A stretch of 55,778 bases of DNA, taken from contig JBBRFT010000001.1 in NCBI GenBank assembly GCA_038241375.1, forward strand, positions 1 through 55,778. The letters are read 5' to 3'. The DNA is from Spirochaetota bacterium. Lineage in GTDB: Bacteria; Spirochaetota; UBA4802; UBA5550. The position numbers and the translations under genes are program-made. The notes under the pieces were generated by a model. It did not search any database. It saw only the letters and a program-made list of their open reading frames with translations, and was not told where the DNA came from. The stretch's first letter is position 1. Each line of letters opens with the position of its first letter. Below, piece after piece: positions 53,606 to 55,778 of this stretch.

Positions 53606-54082
53606 TTATTTTTTATTCGGAATAAGAGTCGATCTGGTTGATATAATAGCCATCCCTACCCAGAATACTGCTCCAAGAACAACAGCAGAAATAACAAGAG
53701 CAGGTACGGCAAGCGCCCAGAAACTTCTAACATAAACTCCGTAAATTATTAAAGCAGAAAGTGACGCCGTAATCAGGCAGAGAAAAACTGCTTTGATTTT
53801 TGAATTATCTTTTTTTTCAACGATTTCAGGCATTGGGGGTACCACCTTTATAGTCAATATTATCCATCCTATCCAGAACCCTGTACAGAGTACAAAAACT
53901 GCAACAGCTGCAAGAGGTATTGATACGGCATAGAATGTCATAGTGCTGAGTTCATTCAGATTAACAGCATTGAAGATTGTAAAATCATGATAGTTTAGAA
54001 TGAAGATTGAGAATATACTCAAGCCGAAAAGAGCCGCAGACAGAATAACCGCCAGGTAGCCCCAGATTTTTGCTCTAGGCAT
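53606..54082 (-). CDS. Small polytopic membrane protein (about 4 TM), first gene of the GT operon
   Basis: 158 aa with four long hydrophobic segments, ending 19 nt upstream of the first GT4 gene. Confidence 0.6.
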   Translation of the reverse strand: MPRAKIWGYLAVILSAALFGLSIFSIFILNYHDFTIFNAVNLNELSTMTFYAVSIPLAAVAVFVLCTGFWIGWIILTIKVVPPMPEIVEKKDNSKIKAVFLCLITASLSALIIYGVYVRSFWALAVPALVISAVVLGAVFWVGMAIISTRSTLIPNKK

Positions 54083-54597
54083 AATATTGCCCCGTTATGT
54101 ATGATTTTTATACAACTCTGACAGGCTAATTTCACAAATTCAGATGTCAACTTTATTATTCTTCACATTTTCGTATTTAAAGCAACTGTTCTTAAACTGG
54201 TTTCATTTTATTTCCGCCGCGCATCAAGTGAAGTAAAGAGCGTTTTTACCAGAAGTTTGCGGGTAAAACCTATTTAAAATATAGAAGATCTCACTCGAAG
54301 ACAAATGATATTATAAATTTTCAGAAAGTTTCAGTTATTCCATTGACATCACAGCAATAAACTTTGTAAAAGTAAAAAAATGATTTTGAAAGTATTTTCA
54401 CCTATTATCACAAATAAGTATAATAAATTACAAAGTTCCAATTTTTTTTAAAAATAAATACTTATTTCTTTTTTTAGTTGAAATACAATATTCTTAATTA
54501 TTTGATAATCGTTATAATAAATGCCGCTCATAAAAGTATTTTGTAGAATTTTTACAGATTTCTGACGATAATCTAAGAAGAGATATAAATAAAACAA

Positions 54598-54951
54598 ATG
54601 GTCATGCGAATGAAAATAACAACAGAGATAAAGGACGAATTTGTACTAATCAATGTAAAAGGTACACTTTCCATAGAAAACATATCCCCTTTTGAAACTC
54701 TTTTGAACAAATATGTAGATGAAAAAAAACATATACTTATCGATCTTTCCGAAATGACATTTATCGACAGTTCATCCCTTGGAATAATAGTTGTTTATTA
54801 TACCAAGTCCGAAAAGAACAACAAACACTTTTCACTGATCAATATAAATGGTGATATCATGCAGATGTTTAAAATCACCGGTCTTGACAAACGAATTAAA
54901 ATTTTCGACAATCTCGATTCAGCTACTAAAAACCTCGATTTCAGCATTTAG
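54598..54951 (+). CDS. STAS-domain anti-sigma-factor antagonist (SpoIIAA-like)
   Basis: LIDLSEMTFIDSSSLGIIV contains the phosphorylatable Ser context, followed by MFKITGLD. The start may be the ATG at 54610. Confidence 0.8.
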   Translation: MVMRMKITTEIKDEFVLINVKGTLSIENISPFETLLNKYVDEKKHILIDLSEMTFIDSSSLGIIVVYYTKSEKNNKHFSLININGDIMQMFKITGLDKRIKIFDNLDSATKNLDFSI

Positions 54952-54971
54952 CGTTTCAGGAACTACATCAG

Positions 54972-55505
54972 GTGAAAATTCTCGCATTTCTCGGAAATCC
55001 CGGCAGTAAATACACCCGCACTAGGCATAATATCGGATTTATGGCGGGAGAAAAATTCGCCGGGCTTAATAACATCAAAATAAATAAAAAGAATTTCCTG
55101 TCAGAGACAGGTACCGGCAAAATCGAAGGGATTGATGTACTTCTGCTCTTCCCCCAGACATATATGAATGAAAGTGGAAAGGCTGTAAAAAAAGCCATGG
55201 ATTTCTACGGAGAAAACCATTCCAGCCTTATTGTATTTCATGATGAACTTGAGCTGAAATTTGGAGATGTAAAAACAAAATTCGCCGGCGGCCACAAAGG
55301 TCACAACGGAATAAGATCAATTATAACAGAAACCGGAAGCGCAGATTTCCACAGAATCCGTTTCGGAATCGGTCGTCCCGAAAATGAATCGATGTCCGTA
55401 TCTGACCACGTACTTTCTAAATTCTCACCGGAAGAGATGGACGAAATCGAAAAGATGATGCCGGAAGTTATGAAGATACTCCATACTTTTTTAAACGAAG
55501 ACTAA
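54972..55505 (+). CDS. pth: Peptidyl-tRNA hydrolase
   Basis: GLGNPG-like LGNPGSKYTRTRHNIGF, FPQTYMNESG and GGHKGHNGIRSI blocks. GTG start. Confidence 0.9.
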   Translation: MKILAFLGNPGSKYTRTRHNIGFMAGEKFAGLNNIKINKKNFLSETGTGKIEGIDVLLLFPQTYMNESGKAVKKAMDFYGENHSSLIVFHDELELKFGDVKTKFAGGHKGHNGIRSIITETGSADFHRIRFGIGRPENESMSVSDHVLSKFSPEEMDEIEKMMPEVMKILHTFLNED

Positions 55506-55778
55506 TTCCGGCATATTACAACTCAGGCTCAAGTTAAATAATAACCTTCCCAGCTATCTTCAAAAATATAAAAAATCATCTTGATTTAATGATTCAAATT
55601 TATTACTTTGTGCATAATATTCCGTATATTTTGTAGAATAATATATACAGGTAACATTTCACTTGTATATTCAACTCAAAAGTGATTATAATTAATTCAG
55701 ATATTTCATAAAGATAAGGCTCCGGCGGATAGGAGCTTTCACAAAACAGGGGGGACAATGTTTCTAAGATTTTTAATA

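Noticed and set aside
54186-54270. A possible third copy of the 43-113 / 24289-24369 element
   Set aside because: Only the ends are similar (ACTGTTCTTAAAC versus ACTGCTCAAAAAC, and CCAGAAGTTTGCGGGTAAAAC versus GTCACAAGTTTATGGGTAAGTAC). The internal blocks and the closing-helix complementarity are not preserved, so the similarity is too weak to count.

Overview
AT-rich bacterial chromosomal window. I cannot assign a taxon from the sequence alone. It uses sigma70-type -35/-10 promoters and Shine-Dalgarno sites and is unusually dense in signal-transduction genes. No rRNA, tRNA, CRISPR array, transposase or integrase was recognised. Content in order: (1) 144-5768: a PAS/GAF histidine kinase with a receiver, queD, a DegT-fold protein whose PLP lysine is replaced by Met, and rlpA. 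(2) 5842-13906, minus strand: a pathway-colinear shikimate/Phe/Tyr operon, aroF-aroB-aroD-aroE::aroK-aroA-aroC-pheA-tyrA. (3) 13986-14241: the finding I rate highest. It is an unannotated 37-codon leader ORF with the run FGFGFFYFYFY, followed by a mutually exclusive antiterminator/terminator pair directly upstream of aroF. I read it as a ribosome-mediated Phe/Tyr attenuator. (4) 14420-24093: an active/degenerate class II aldolase pair, an adenylate cyclase, PAP2, a GGDEF protein, DUF1003, DedA, an ankyrin pseudogene and an SBP-PAS-HisKA_2 kinase. (5) 24289-27087: a TetR gene with a palindromic operator, then a ferredoxin-nitroreductase and an Old Yellow Enzyme. (6) 27179-30833: a patch of small secreted proteins and lipoproteins, including a 594-bp tandem duplication, plus two decayed genes. 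(7) 30894-39591: HD-GYP, a haem-binding domain protein, a radical-SAM/DUF4130 DNA-metabolism pair, trmO, two hypotheticals and a cNMP-binding protein. (8) polA (39630-42347), followed by an ~8 kb insertion (42188-50237). A decayed copy of the polA 3' end at 50155-50405 marks its far side. The insertion carries a PAS kinase, a NarL-type regulator, an MCP, CheW and a receiver. Inside it are two ~185-bp direct repeats that each contain a consensus promoter. (9) 50419-55505: an operon of a membrane protein, two GT4 glycosyltransferases and a methyltransferase, then a STAS protein and pth. Also noted: a conserved ~80-nt intergenic element (43-113 and 24289-24369) with a covarying stem, and a family of GC-rich palindromic intergenic elements. 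All domain calls come from motif recognition by eye. No database search was run.
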